A stretch of DNA of 64,000 bases from IMG/VR virus record IMGVR_UViG_3300027608_000021, positions 19,150 through 83,149 of that record; one strand, 5' to 3'. The notes under the pieces are model-generated. The model was not told the origin of the DNA. It searched no databases and worked only from the letters and a program-made list of their open reading frames with translations. This DNA comes from a virus. The translations under genes were made by a program, and so were the position numbers. Below, one piece after another: positions 8,765 through 19,466 of this stretch. The stretch's first letter is position 1, and every line of letters begins with the position of its first letter.

Positions 8765-9525
8765 TGGCTTATACTCGTGGTCAAAACGTACCAGCATTTG
8801 GAATTCAACTAAAGCCTACTGTTGTAAGTGATAGGATGCGCAGATTTTTTGGCGTATCCATAGAACGAGAAGTTATCAAGTATAACAAGGGTAAACACCT
8901 TAACGACTTTAAAGAAAATTTAAAGCTTTGGTCGTATGGTTCTTTTGAAGATCTTTCAAGGTACGTTGGTTTAAAAGTTCAAGATTCTATTATAAATAGT
9001 AAAGATGCTACAACTGGTGCAAAGTTTAAACCACTTGCAAGAAAAACGATTGCAGCCCGTGCAATGATGAAAGGTAAACACGCAAAAAACAATGTTCCAT
9101 TGGCACTCACTGGGAAACTTTATGAGGTAGCTACTGGTCGTAGGATCAGGAATGCTGGTGGAAATGCTTCTAGCGGGAACGTCCAGAAAGACGGAATTCG
9201 CTTGCAGCAAAGGGTTAATTACCAGCCTGGAGAAGCTCAGGCTGTTGGTTCATTCTACTGGCAGCTTAGTGGTCCTAAGGTTCGGCACTTGTATGGGTAT
9301 TCACAAGTCTTTAACAACGTCCGTAAAGGCGGTAAAAATAAAGGCAAGTCAATGCCATTTGAAGCTAAGGTACCAGCTAGACCATTTATTCCTAAGTTTA
9401 CAAACAGTTTCTTTAAGATCTGGAAAGCTCAAATAGACAAAGAGTTTAGGAAAGTTATTAACGCTTCTGTTCAAGGCTCTAAGCCAATCGTAAAGAGCTA
9501 CGGGTACGTTGACAAATTCAAATAG
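8764..9525 (+). CDS. Basic virion morphogenesis / tail completion protein
   Basis: FKPLA..T and VPARPF motifs; position in the neck cluster. Confidence 0.6.
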   Translation: MAYTRGQNVPAFGIQLKPTVVSDRMRRFFGVSIEREVIKYNKGKHLNDFKENLKLWSYGSFEDLSRYVGLKVQDSIINSKDATTGAKFKPLARKTIAARAMMKGKHAKNNVPLALTGKLYEVATGRRIRNAGGNASSGNVQKDGIRLQQRVNYQPGEAQAVGSFYWQLSGPKVRHLYGYSQVFNNVRKGGKNKGKSMPFEAKVPARPFIPKFTNSFFKIWKAQIDKEFRKVINASVQGSKPIVKSYGYVDKFK

Positions 9526-9534
9526 GAGACACCC

Positions 9535-10005
9535 GTGGAAGAAATTATTGACCGTCTTATTGAAGAGATCAGAACATTGACGAGCTTGACTCGCGCCGAC
9601 GGTGGTCTCGCAGATGTCCTAGAAGTAAAGTCAGTCTATTTTGGAGATCCTGGCATCATCCCACAAAGCCTTATGCCTTGTGTGATGGTTGAGCCAATTG
9701 CTGAGTCTCCAAATGGAGAGACAACCTCTTATGACAAGAGGTTTATGGAGATCAACATCCTTTTGATGCTTGATGCTCGAGAGTACTTTGAAGTGGACGC
9801 TGAAGAGGCAATGGGAGATCGTAAACTCGTCCAGTCTGCCGCGCTGGTCTCCCGATATTTTAGGTCTCAGGACAAGCGACAGCTTGGCGGACTAGTCAAT
9901 GACATCATGGTGAATGATACCACCTATGATATTCAAGATCGTGGTAACGCGATCGTCAAAACAGCAAGGGTCAACCTTCAAATCATGAAGGCGTTTACCC
10001 GCTAA
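9535..10005 (+). CDS. Putative tail terminator
   Basis: Acidic, 156 aa, directly before the tail tube gene; GTG start after AGGAG. Confidence 0.6.
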   Translation: MEEIIDRLIEEIRTLTSLTRADGGLADVLEVKSVYFGDPGIIPQSLMPCVMVEPIAESPNGETTSYDKRFMEINILLMLDAREYFEVDAEEAMGDRKLVQSAALVSRYFRSQDKRQLGGLVNDIMVNDTTYDIQDRGNAIVKTARVNLQIMKAFTR

Positions 10006-10016
10006 GGAGAAAATAC

Positions 10017-11024
10017 ATGGCTAACAACATTGGCGTTGGCGCTCTAGGGTATATCGCCTACGGCAAGGAAACAACCGAGGGTACATTCGTTACCGCAGGT
10101 AAGTTCCTCGCTGCCAACAACTTTAACTTCGACGACACAAACGAATACCTCAGCCCGATGACAATTCGCGGTACTAAGGATATGACTCTTGCCATGCCTG
10201 CTCCGTTCAACGTGACGGGTACGCTTGAGATGCCTCTTGTTCCAGACGACATCGAACTGCTTCTTAAGTCTGCGTTCTCGGCTTCTACGGTTACGACCGC
10301 TGGCGCATCGAGCAGCTATTCACACGTCTTCACTCCTGGTGCTATCTCTCCAACGTTTACGTTTGAGGGTTACACGGGTGGTAGCGACGGTCTTACTACC
10401 GACGGCTTGATTCGCCAGTACGGTGGTGTTCGCGTGAACACGCTTGAGCTCCGCGCATCCTTCGGTGAAATCGTAACTGCTTCATTCGGTCTTGACGGTT
10501 CAACCCGCCAGACGAAGCCGCTTTCTGGTGGAAACCTTGATCCGCTCAGCCCAGTCTACGCAAGCACGTCACTGCAGCCATTCCACTTTAATGGTGCGAA
10601 GGTTCAGTTCGACGGTACTGATAAGGCAACCGTGAAGGATCTTACCTTCTCGATTAATAACAATGTGGAGCACATCGGTACCCTCCGCCAGACTCGTAAC
10701 TTCAGCCGTGTTGCCTCTGGTGCACGAGAAATTACGATGTCGATGTCCATGGACTTCCAGGACACAAGCGACTACCAGGCTCTCCTCGACGAGGACGAGT
10801 TTGGCGTAACGCTGGTATTCCGTGGCTCGCTGGTTGGCGGCTCGGTATACAACCAGCTTACTGTTGACCTTCCACGCGTGAAGTTCCGACGAGTCGGTGT
10901 GCCGATCTCTGCTGGCGACTTCATTACGCAGGATGTTGAGTGCACGGTCCTTAAGCCGAACGCATCAGACATTGCTACGGTAACGCTGGTCAACGGCAAG
11001 AGCGCTGCTCTCGCTGGTCTTTGA
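10017..11024 (+). CDS. Major tail tube protein
   Basis: YGKETTEGT start, YSHVFTP, PTFTFE, YGGVRVNTLEL, FSINNN motifs; synteny. Confidence 0.85.
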   Translation: MANNIGVGALGYIAYGKETTEGTFVTAGKFLAANNFNFDDTNEYLSPMTIRGTKDMTLAMPAPFNVTGTLEMPLVPDDIELLLKSAFSASTVTTAGASSSYSHVFTPGAISPTFTFEGYTGGSDGLTTDGLIRQYGGVRVNTLELRASFGEIVTASFGLDGSTRQTKPLSGGNLDPLSPVYASTSLQPFHFNGAKVQFDGTDKATVKDLTFSINNNVEHIGTLRQTRNFSRVASGAREITMSMSMDFQDTSDYQALLDEDEFGVTLVFRGSLVGGSVYNQLTVDLPRVKFRRVGVPISAGDFITQDVECTVLKPNASDIATVTLVNGKSAALAGL

Positions 11025-11060
11025 TCTGATATAGTATAAGAAAGAGGAGTTAAGACTTCC

Positions 11061-11435
11061 ATGACTGAAAATACTTCAAAGTTCCTTCGTCCTGTTGATA
11101 AGACGTTGACGAAGCGATACGAACACGACTCTGGCGACTGGATTGAACTTCGTCAGAATCTTTCAAAGCGTGAGGTTAATGCGATCCTTCGGGTCATGCC
11201 AACTGATGTTGCTGACAGTACGAAGGAAAAGAGCGGGGCTGAAATGGTAGACGTTCTTACGTCTGTCGCAGAGACCCTGTTCACAAACCTGGTTGTCGGC
11301 TGGTCAGTCGATGACTCCCCGAAGGTAGAGACCTACCTTTCCCTTCCAAGTGATGCTGCTAACTGGGTTGATAAGATCCTGTTTGAGCACTTCAACGGTC
11401 AGTCACTAAGTGGTGACGAAGCGGGAAAGCAGTAG
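11061..11435 (+). CDS. Tail assembly chaperone (gpG-like)
   Basis: Between tail tube and tape measure; ends at a G GGA AAG slippery site. Confidence 0.85.
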   Translation: MTENTSKFLRPVDKTLTKRYEHDSGDWIELRQNLSKREVNAILRVMPTDVADSTKEKSGAEMVDVLTSVAETLFTNLVVGWSVDDSPKVETYLSLPSDAANWVDKILFEHFNGQSLSGDEAGKQ

Positions 11436-11731
11436 ACCTCGCTAAGGCGGCGGCGGAAGGATACACAAGAGGAAACATTTTCCAAAAGTATCCACGTTTA
11501 GCTGAGGCGTACGCCCTATTTGATCAATGCCGAGTACGGCAACTAGTAGTTCATGAAGTACCGAAGCCTGGAGGCAAACAAACGGAGATCCGAATGGTCT
11601 ATGTACCAGTCGGATACTCCTTCTTGCCATACCAGGGAGGACTGCTCGATCAGCCTGCTTATATTGTTGATGCCTTTTCCCAGTTTATGCATGGGGAACG
11701 TATAGCATCCAATAAATCGCTGACGAAGTAG
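11423..11731 (+). CDS. -1 frameshift extension of the tail assembly chaperone (gpGT-like); absent from the ORF track
   Basis: GGGAAAG at 11423-11429 in X XXY YYZ phase; -1 frame open for 102 codons, containing LPYQGGLLDQP. Confidence 0.85.
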   Translation, partial: GKAVDLAKAAAEGYTRGNIFQKYPRLAEAYALFDQCRVRQLVVHEVPKPGGKQTEIRMVYVPVGYSFLPYQGGLLDQPAYIVDAFSQFMHGERIASNKSLTK

Positions 11732-11736
11732 CCACT

Positions 11737-11779
11737 AGATGCCCACACAGGCTCCCCCTGTGTGGGCATCTTTTTATTT
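11737..11779 (+). terminator. Intrinsic terminator upstream of the tape measure gene
   Basis: Perfect 15-bp stem AGATGCCCACACAGG/CCTGTGTGGGCATCT followed by TTTTATTT. Confidence 0.75.
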
Positions 11780-11792
11780 CTCTGGAGGTGAA

Positions 11793-14700
11793 ATGGCAGA
11801 CGTAAAATTTAATGCGCGAGTAGAAGCGGATCTAAGTCCTCTTTCCCAGGCAGCATCTAATATGGCTGGGATCTTTGCAAAATTCGCCCCAAAGGATCTG
11901 AAGAAGCAGTATGAAGAACTTGGTCGATTTATTGGTAAAGCTCTTGATCCACAACAGGGTCTAAAGAACGTACCAATTTCTGGTCGAGTAAAGATTGGAT
12001 CCGAAATTGCCAAGGGTATGGGTGAGGCGGAAAAAACCGTCAACAGTCTCGCAAGAAGCCTTGGTGGTAAACTCGGCAAAGAGTTCGAGTCTGTTAATAC
12101 TACTGTAAACAAGGTCAAGAGAACTACAAAAGACCTTGAGGCTAAAGCCCTTGAAAGAACGCTGCGGAATTCTGCTAATGAAGTTCCAAAGATTAGCACC
12201 GCGCTCTTCAAGGTTAACGGAGCATGGCGACAGATTTCTGCAGATGCAGAAGGATATCGAAAGAAGCTTAAAGATCAGGCTGTTCAGGTAGGAGAAATCC
12301 GCCAAAGAGTGTCAGATCTTCGCAAGGAATACGATCTTCGTGTTCCTCTTGCGACTAATGCAGCTGGCGTTAAAAAGCTTGGTGAAACCCAGGCACGTCT
12401 TAAGCGAGCAGAAGCCGAGCTCACTAAAGTTGTTACCAAGTATGGTGCTGAACAGAAAGCTCAAGAGAGCGAACGGAACCGCATCCTTGGAACAATTAAT
12501 AATACACTTAGTACTGGTCTTTCTACCCTTAAACTAACAAAGGCAGAAGAGGCTAAGCTAACAACAAGCGAGAAACTTCGTCTTGTTACGCAGAAACAAA
12601 TTACTGAAGAGCAGAAGCGTCAGACGCAAATTGCAACTGAACAAGCTCGAATTGACCAAGCTCGTAGGCAAGCATATGCCTTAACGATCGCTGGCGGTCA
12701 GCTCAAGAACTACGGCGATCAGCTACAAGTTCTTGGTAGAGAGTCATCTCAGGCATTTGGAGACGTTGAGTTCCAGGTCCTTCGCGCCGCAGCTGCAACA
12801 AGCGGTTCTAGGGACATGGTTGTTGAAATGACCGAAGAGTCGAAGCGACTCTCTGAGCAAATGGGTTATTTCAAGTCCGAAGAAATTGCCAGGGGCATGT
12901 ACTTCTTTGCATCAACAACTGGTTCTGCGGTCAATAGCGTTGAAGAGCTGAGCATAATGATGGGCCAACTTACGCCTATTATGCAAGCTGCAGCTATTAC
13001 GCAAAGCGACATGGAAACAACGATTAAGGGTGTCTACGGAATCCTTAACCAGTTCAGTCGACCTATGGAAGATGCAGCATCAGTAACTGAGATGCTGTAC
13101 TACGCAGCCCAAAAGACTGCAGCAGAGCTTCCAGACTTCGTTGAATCTTTGAAGATGCTTGGTCCTGTGGCAGCACAGGCTGGGGTAAGCTTTGAAGATA
13201 CGCTGAAAGCGCTTGCAATCCTTGCAGACAACGGAATTCGTGGAACGATGGCTGGACGCGCTGTTCGCCAAATGTTCCTTCAATTAAACGACCCAGCAGC
13301 AAGAGCAACCAAGGCACTGGATGGTGCAGTAAAATCGCAACTTGGATTGAACAAGAGCTTTAAGCAGCTTGTGTTCCCTAAGGGCGAATTTATCGGTATG
13401 GCTGGTTACATTCGCACGCTTGCGAAAGTAACTGCAAACATGAACGATGAGCAAAAAGGTAACATCATTGGTGTTATCGCAACTGCTGCAGAGGTTCCAG
13501 CACTTACAAAACTTATTGAAGCTGAAACCGAAGCAATGAAGCGTGGTACCAGTGCCATTAGTGATAACACTAAGGGTGTTGGAGACGCAACAAGAGCTCG
13601 TGAACTATTCGCACAATCAGTAGATCTTGTTGGGCAGTCAACAAAGGCTTCCCTCGGCAGGATCGATAACGCAATTCAAAATATTAAAGCAACGCTTGGT
13701 GCCGCACTAGCGCCAGCAATTGAAGAACTATCATTCCGAATAGCAGATATTGCTAAAAGGTTTGACGATTTTGCAAAAGCAAACCCAGAGTTGCTAAAGA
13801 CTTTAGCAACACTTACTGTACTTTCAGGAGTTGTGATGACAGCTGGAGGAGCAATCCTCGGTCTTGTCGGAGCTATCTTGCTTGTTGTACGAGTAGCATT
13901 TTCAGAGATTAGGCTGCTTGTTGGTGGACTTTCTAAGATTGGTCCAGCAGCAGCTGGTGCAGCCACAGCAGCAGAGGGAATGACAGCTGTTGCAGGTGGT
14001 GCAGTCAACGCACTTCGCGCAATTAATCCTTTTACTGCTACGTTTAAGTTCCTTAGTAAGCTTGTTACAGGACTAGGTAATAAGATTAAAGCTCCGTTTG
14101 TTGCACTAAGCGGAGGAGCAAAAGCTTCTACTGGCATTATGGCTGGTTTGGGCAAGACGTTAAGTGGTTTCCTTGGTGGAATTACCAAGTTCGCACGGTT
14201 TATTTCTATTACATGGCAAGCATTCCTAACGATTGCTGCTGGTATTTTTGTCGGGTTCTTCCAGGCAATTAGTGGTGGTAAGAAAGAGACTGACGCACTT
14301 TCAGGCGCGGTGAGTGTCCTTGGAGAAGTGTTCAAGTTTGTTAGCGGTGTCCTTGATGTCCTTACAGCTGGCTTTGGCTTGCTGTTTGAGGCTGCGAGAT
14401 TTGTAGGAATTCAGCTGGGAAAGATCTTTGGACCAGATGGTCCTCTTGGATTCCTTCCAGGTCTTATCGGAACAGTGTTTGGTGGAATTGGCGATCTCCT
14501 TGGTGGAATCGGTAATGCAATCAATACTGTTACAGCTGAGTTTAAGAAACTAAACGACGACTCTCTTGATCCTAATAAGGAAAAACTTAAAGAAATTGAA
14601 CTACAGATTGCTTCTTTAACGGAGCAGTCTTCCAGGTTCTACGGATCTGCAGCAGAAGATAATGCTGCCAGGATTAAGCAGCTACAAAATGAAAAGAAGT

Positions 14701-16460
14701 ATCTTGAAGATCTAATCAGCTCTACGTCTAGAACTGCTTTGGAGCAAGAGAAGAGAATCTCTCAAGCTAAAGAGATTCAGACACAGATTGATGTCCTTAC
14801 TGCGTCGATTAAGAGTCTTCGTGGTGAAGAAAAGAAAGCCGCAGAAGCTAGGATTAGCGCTCTTAACCTTGAGCGCGGTAAGTTGCTTGCAATCGTTGAA
14901 GCAACTCGCTTGGCAAACGCAGAGCGAACGTATTTCCTGGGAGGAAACCAGGACATCGTTGCAGCCAGAGAACGAGCAAATCAAAATCTGCTCGGTGGTG
15001 GTGGTGGCGGTGGAGGTGCTGGCGGAGGCGGAGGCAGTGGCGAGCAAAAGACAGCACGAGAGAAGGCTCTCGAGCTGGCTCAGCAAGCTGCAAGTCTTGC
15101 CGAAGCACTCTACAAGATCGAAGGAATTAATCTTAAGGAACTGATTAGGAAGACCATGGGCAAAGTGGCGGAAGCCATGAAGCTTGCGATTAATCTAACT
15201 GCTCCTTACGCTAAGGCGTTTAAGACAGCCACTCTCGAGAAGGTAGGAAATTTTGCTGGTGCTGTAGGAAGCGTTGCTTCCGCAGTTGGCGGCATGGTTG
15301 ATGCAGCTGAAAAGCTGGCTACCTACAAATCTCCAAGTGCGGCTAACCTAAAAAAGATTATCTCAGATATGTCTGTCGCAATGAAGTACATGATTGCTGA
15401 GGCGAAGAAGTTTGCTGGCAGTCAGGTGATTGCGGTTGAGGCATATTCTGCTGGCGCTCAAGCAGTTGTTGGATCTATTGCAGCTGCTGTTGATGCATTT
15501 AACTCGATGGCAACTGGTGTCTATCAACCGCCTGAGCGTGTGCTTAGGCAAGTTGCTGAAGACATTAGCAAAGCAGTGCAGGCTTTCGTAAGTAAGCTTA
15601 GCTCTGCGCCGACACAGCCAATGCTAGACAAAGCAAAGGCATTCGCTGAGGCAGCAAACGCTGTTCTTGGCACTATCGGTAGTGCTATCGGCTCGTTTAA
15701 AGATCTACGAAACTACGTCAAGCCGCTTGCAAGTGATCTTCAGGCGGTTGTGAACACCATTGAAACTGCTGTTCGACAGATGCTTGTTTCGATGGGTCGG
15801 TTCTCGCTGAACAAAGATCAATGGGAAGTTGTCAACACGTTCGCAAATGTAGCTAAGGCGATTGCTGATGCAGTCGGTGGAACTTACGATGCGTTTGTAA
15901 AGCAGATGGACTTCGTTGATCAGTTCAGGGAAGAAATTGATTACGATAAGGTCTTTGGTTGGATTGAAGACGGTATCCGCAAGATGGCAGATATCGCTTC
16001 TTCTATGCCAGTTGGAATGATTGCAATGGCAAGAGATGCCGCAGACGCTGCTAAGGCTATCGCCGAAGCGCTTGAAGCATTCTTTAACCTAGCAGTCAAT
16101 ACTGGTGGAGACCCAGCATTACTTGCTGACTCACTCCAAGGAGCTGTAAATTCAGTACTATCAATCATTGAAGCGTTTGCAACGACAAGTCAAATTGTCG
16201 GAGCACACTTTGTTGATAGTCTGATTGTGGGAATGCAGTCCCGTGAGTCTGCACTCGCAGCTGAGGCTAATCGGTTGACTCAGATTATGAGTGGGGCTGG
16301 AACGTCGATTACTCGACAGAACAACAACACCATGACAATCAACCATGTGGTCACTGACCCGAACGGCGTTCTCAAGAATGCTTCGGCTCAGGAAGTAGCA
16401 AGCCTGCTGAGCGGGGATGTATTTATTAACAACCTCGTTCACAGCATCAAAACGCAGTAA
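11793..16460 (+). CDS. Tape measure protein
   Basis: ~1555 aa Ala-rich helical protein; TP901-type core (LADNGIRGTMAGRAVR); hydrophobic segment; GGAGG RBS before ATG 11793. Confidence 0.95.
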   Translation: MADVKFNARVEADLSPLSQAASNMAGIFAKFAPKDLKKQYEELGRFIGKALDPQQGLKNVPISGRVKIGSEIAKGMGEAEKTVNSLARSLGGKLGKEFESVNTTVNKVKRTTKDLEAKALERTLRNSANEVPKISTALFKVNGAWRQISADAEGYRKKLKDQAVQVGEIRQRVSDLRKEYDLRVPLATNAAGVKKLGETQARLKRAEAELTKVVTKYGAEQKAQESERNRILGTINNTLSTGLSTLKLTKAEEAKLTTSEKLRLVTQKQITEEQKRQTQIATEQARIDQARRQAYALTIAGGQLKNYGDQLQVLGRESSQAFGDVEFQVLRAAAATSGSRDMVVEMTEESKRLSEQMGYFKSEEIARGMYFFASTTGSAVNSVEELSIMMGQLTPIMQAAAITQSDMETTIKGVYGILNQFSRPMEDAASVTEMLYYAAQKTAAELPDFVESLKMLGPVAAQAGVSFEDTLKALAILADNGIRGTMAGRAVRQMFLQLNDPAARATKALDGAVKSQLGLNKSFKQLVFPKGEFIGMAGYIRTLAKVTANMNDEQKGNIIGVIATAAEVPALTKLIEAETEAMKRGTSAISDNTKGVGDATRARELFAQSVDLVGQSTKASLGRIDNAIQNIKATLGAALAPAIEELSFRIADIAKRFDDFAKANPELLKTLATLTVLSGVVMTAGGAILGLVGAILLVVRVAFSEIRLLVGGLSKIGPAAAGAATAAEGMTAVAGGAVNALRAINPFTATFKFLSKLVTGLGNKIKAPFVALSGGAKASTGIMAGLGKTLSGFLGGITKFARFISITWQAFLTIAAGIFVGFFQAISGGKKETDALSGAVSVLGEVFKFVSGVLDVLTAGFGLLFEAARFVGIQLGKIFGPDGPLGFLPGLIGTVFGGIGDLLGGIGNAINTVTAEFKKLNDDSLDPNKEKLKEIELQIASLTEQSSRFYGSAAEDNAARIKQLQNEKKYLEDLISSTSRTALEQEKRISQAKEIQTQIDVLTASIKSLRGEEKKAAEARISALNLERGKLLAIVEATRLANAERTYFLGGNQDIVAARERANQNLLGGGGGGGGAGGGGGSGEQKTAREKALELAQQAASLAEALYKIEGINLKELIRKTMGKVAEAMKLAINLTAPYAKAFKTATLEKVGNFAGAVGSVASAVGGMVDAAEKLATYKSPSAANLKKIISDMSVAMKYMIAEAKKFAGSQVIAVEAYSAGAQAVVGSIAAAVDAFNSMATGVYQPPERVLRQVAEDISKAVQAFVSKLSSAPTQPMLDKAKAFAEAANAVLGTIGSAIGSFKDLRNYVKPLASDLQAVVNTIETAVRQMLVSMGRFSLNKDQWEVVNTFANVAKAIADAVGGTYDAFVKQMDFVDQFREEIDYDKVFGWIEDGIRKMADIASSMPVGMIAMARDAADAAKAIAEALEAFFNLAVNTGGDPALLADSLQGAVNSVLSIIEAFATTSQIVGAHFVDSLIVGMQSRESALAAEANRLTQIMSGAGTSITRQNNNTMTINHVVTDPNGVLKNASAQEVASLLSGDVFINNLVHSIKTQ

Positions 16461-16493
16461 TATACGGGGGAGGGGCTTTGGCTCCTCCCCCTA

Positions 16494-19466
16494 ATGGGGG
16501 TAGCAATGCCAGGTCCTTACAGTTGCTCAGAAGACGCAACCGCGATTAATAATCCAAATGGGTCTGGTTATACTTCAGACTGGAATGCCAATGGCGTAAT
16601 GTCTCCTATTGGGGTCAACACTAATGGCACAATCCTTTTCCGAGCGCGAATGCAATTCACTGGATTTTCAGCTACTGGAATCCAAAGCATTACCAATGCT
16701 AAGCTAAAGCTTTATTACTATCATAGTGGCACCTCTTCAAATAACGCTGGAAACTCTGGCACTAGCACAAATCGTATCGTGCAAGTATACTTGGCAAACA
16801 GTACAAACAGTATTGTGGACACTGGTGGTGGAACTCCATTTCCAGCTTCTGGCTGGACAAGCAAAAGTGGATACAACTGGGAAACGCAATTTGCCAACGG
16901 AACATACTATTCTGGAATCTCTGCTACAGAGACAATTAGCGGAGTAACTTCTAACGGAACACTCGTAGAAGTTGACGTTACAAATCTTATGCAGTACCTT
17001 ATCAGCAATCCAGGATTTACTTTCCGAGGATTTTTGCTGAAGCTTGACGCTGAAGGATCGAGCAATACAAACTCTTTTGTTCAATTCTACTCTAGGAACT
17101 CTTCATTTCCTCCAGTTCTTGAAACCACAGAAGTAACAAACACTGCTCCGAATGCACCGACAGGTCTTTCACCTACTGGTGGGGCTGTTGTTACATCTAA
17201 GGTTCTTAGCGGAACGCTAAGTGACCCTGATGCTTCGGATTCACTCTCAGCAGTACAAGTTCAAATTGCAAGTGATTCTGGATTTACATCAATCGTTTAC
17301 GATTCTGGAACAGTATCAGATACTGGAACTACATTTTCAGTAACCCATAACGCTTCTTTGACCTACAACACAACTTATTATTGGCGAGCTCGAACAAAAG
17401 ATCTTGCTGGTCTTTGGGGTCCGTATTCTTCTGGTGATACTTTCAGGCAGAATACAAAGCCAAACACACCAAGTGGTCTTACGCCTACTGGCGGAGTTCT
17501 TGTTCCAAGCCTTACACCGACGTTTAGCGGTCAAGGATCAGATCCTGACCCAGGCGACTCACTTGCTACGGCAAGAATCCTAGTATACCGTACCAGTGAT
17601 AACACGCTGATGTGGGATAGTGGAGACTTTGCTTCTGGAGTTGCTTCGTTCACTAAGCAGTACGGAAATGGTGGAACTGTTTACTTTAACTTGAGCTACG
17701 GCACATCGTACTACTGGAATGCAACAGTTAAAGACACAAACAGTGCTTCTTCATCGACATCCTCGTCATCTACATTTGTAACAGATATCGCTGGTGTTAC
17801 AGACATGACACCTAACATTACGAATGGTACGACTGGTTGGGTTAAGACGCTAACTCCATCTTTTAACTTTGTAACTCCAGCAAATATGAATCAGTATACG
17901 TTAAAATTCTATGATACAAATAATACTCTTATTAGTACAATTGGACCAACTGCGGTAAGCCCAGTAGCCACAACTCTGGCAACTGCTTACACCTACAGCG
18001 GGTCCCCAGCGCTAGAGTATGGCACAAGATATCAATGGACTGTAACCTGGAGGGATACAAGCAATGTAACCCAGCCAGAATCTGTAAAAGCTGCGTTTTG
18101 GATCAATGCTGCACCAGTTGCAAATAATGTTAGTCCGAGCAATAATCAGGCAGTTACATCAATTAACCCTGTTATTCAAACAGCTTTTGCTGATCAGGAT
18201 CTTGCAAACGGATTTGAAGATTCCCCAACAGCTCTGTCAATCGAAGTAAGTCGAGCAAGCGATAGCGTTGTTATGTATACCATGACTAAAACCGCATCTT
18301 TGGAAAGTGGTGTTAACTCACTGTTTCAAGGCGCTTCTGGTGTAACTACTACTGCTGGGGCTGGCGGCACTACACTTACTAAGAATGTTCAGTATCGTTA
18401 CCGAAGCCAGTACACGGACAACTCTGGTGCTTCAAACGCACAAGGTTCCTATACTGACTATGTGTTTTTTAAGCCAACAGACGGTCCTACAATTTCTTCC
18501 CTTGCGGTGGATGCAAGTGACCTAACAACTGGAAAAATCAATAACGCGGTTCCTCTTCTAAGTTACACATATACTGCGGCGTTTGGTAAGGCTCAAAAGA
18601 GCCGACGCTTGAGGATTATTGAAACAAGTTCTGGCAATTCTGTGCGGTACGACAGTGGGTTTATTCTTACTGCGGATGCATCATTTGATTCGCCAGCTGA
18701 TATCATCCTTAACAACGCTACCTATAAGTTCGAAGTAACAGTACAGGATAGCGACGACATCGAGTCCTCTACGATTTCTGTAACTTACGTTGCCTTGTGG
18801 AATGCACCAGCAGTTATTACTGGGCTTAGCATTGAGCAGGGCAACGGAACTTTAAAGTTGACATGGGACCAGTCATCTGATGCATCTTTCACAAAGTACA
18901 ATGTGTACCGTCGAGACTACGGTAGCTCTGTACCTTATGAATTCATTACAAGCATTCAAGATATTGGAACAGTAAACTACACAGACTTCTCTGCTGGAAT
19001 TGGTGCAAGGTATGAGTATAAAGTTACTCAGACTTCTACTCCAGTAGGCTCCAATCCAGTTGATTCCGATATCGATGCGACGACCCTTACGGTTGGAGCC
19101 TCAATCTACGACAACTGGTTTATTGTCTATGACGGCAATGAGGCGCTTGGAGTTGAGCTTTATGTTGACTCCGAGGACCGAACTAATCCATATCAAGAAG
19201 AGATCTTTGAACCGTTTGGTCGATCCAAAAAGGTTGTGGTCCGATATGGTCAGTATGGTGTAGAGGGAAACATTTCAGCATACATTCCTAACGATGAGGT
19301 CGAGGTTAAGCTATCAAAGATCAAGCAGCTTTTTGAGCTGAGTGTTCCTCTTTACCTAAAAACACCATTTGGTGATGTATACAAGGTTTATTTTAGCACT
19401 CCATCCTACCAGTACGCAACTGGTGGAACTGTAAAAATTTCAGTAGGATATATTGAGGTTGACTAA
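16494..19466 (+). CDS. Large minor tail protein: N-terminal carbohydrate-binding-like domain, Fn3/Ig-like repeats, C-terminal Dit-like region
   Basis: Repeated NTAPNAPTGLSP...YYW units; C-terminal LYLKTPFGDVY; directly follows the tape measure gene. Confidence 0.7.
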   Translation: MGVAMPGPYSCSEDATAINNPNGSGYTSDWNANGVMSPIGVNTNGTILFRARMQFTGFSATGIQSITNAKLKLYYYHSGTSSNNAGNSGTSTNRIVQVYLANSTNSIVDTGGGTPFPASGWTSKSGYNWETQFANGTYYSGISATETISGVTSNGTLVEVDVTNLMQYLISNPGFTFRGFLLKLDAEGSSNTNSFVQFYSRNSSFPPVLETTEVTNTAPNAPTGLSPTGGAVVTSKVLSGTLSDPDASDSLSAVQVQIASDSGFTSIVYDSGTVSDTGTTFSVTHNASLTYNTTYYWRARTKDLAGLWGPYSSGDTFRQNTKPNTPSGLTPTGGVLVPSLTPTFSGQGSDPDPGDSLATARILVYRTSDNTLMWDSGDFASGVASFTKQYGNGGTVYFNLSYGTSYYWNATVKDTNSASSSTSSSSTFVTDIAGVTDMTPNITNGTTGWVKTLTPSFNFVTPANMNQYTLKFYDTNNTLISTIGPTAVSPVATTLATAYTYSGSPALEYGTRYQWTVTWRDTSNVTQPESVKAAFWINAAPVANNVSPSNNQAVTSINPVIQTAFADQDLANGFEDSPTALSIEVSRASDSVVMYTMTKTASLESGVNSLFQGASGVTTTAGAGGTTLTKNVQYRYRSQYTDNSGASNAQGSYTDYVFFKPTDGPTISSLAVDASDLTTGKINNAVPLLSYTYTAAFGKAQKSRRLRIIETSSGNSVRYDSGFILTADASFDSPADIILNNATYKFEVTVQDSDDIESSTISVTYVALWNAPAVITGLSIEQGNGTLKLTWDQSSDASFTKYNVYRRDYGSSVPYEFITSIQDIGTVNYTDFSAGIGARYEYKVTQTSTPVGSNPVDSDIDATTLTVGASIYDNWFIVYDGNEALGVELYVDSEDRTNPYQEEIFEPFGRSKKVVVRYGQYGVEGNISAYIPNDEVEVKLSKIKQLFELSVPLYLKTPFGDVYKVYFSTPSYQYATGGTVKISVGYIEVD

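Noticed and set aside
14994-15040. GGT/GGC repeat
   Set aside because: It encodes a poly-Gly linker inside the tape measure protein.
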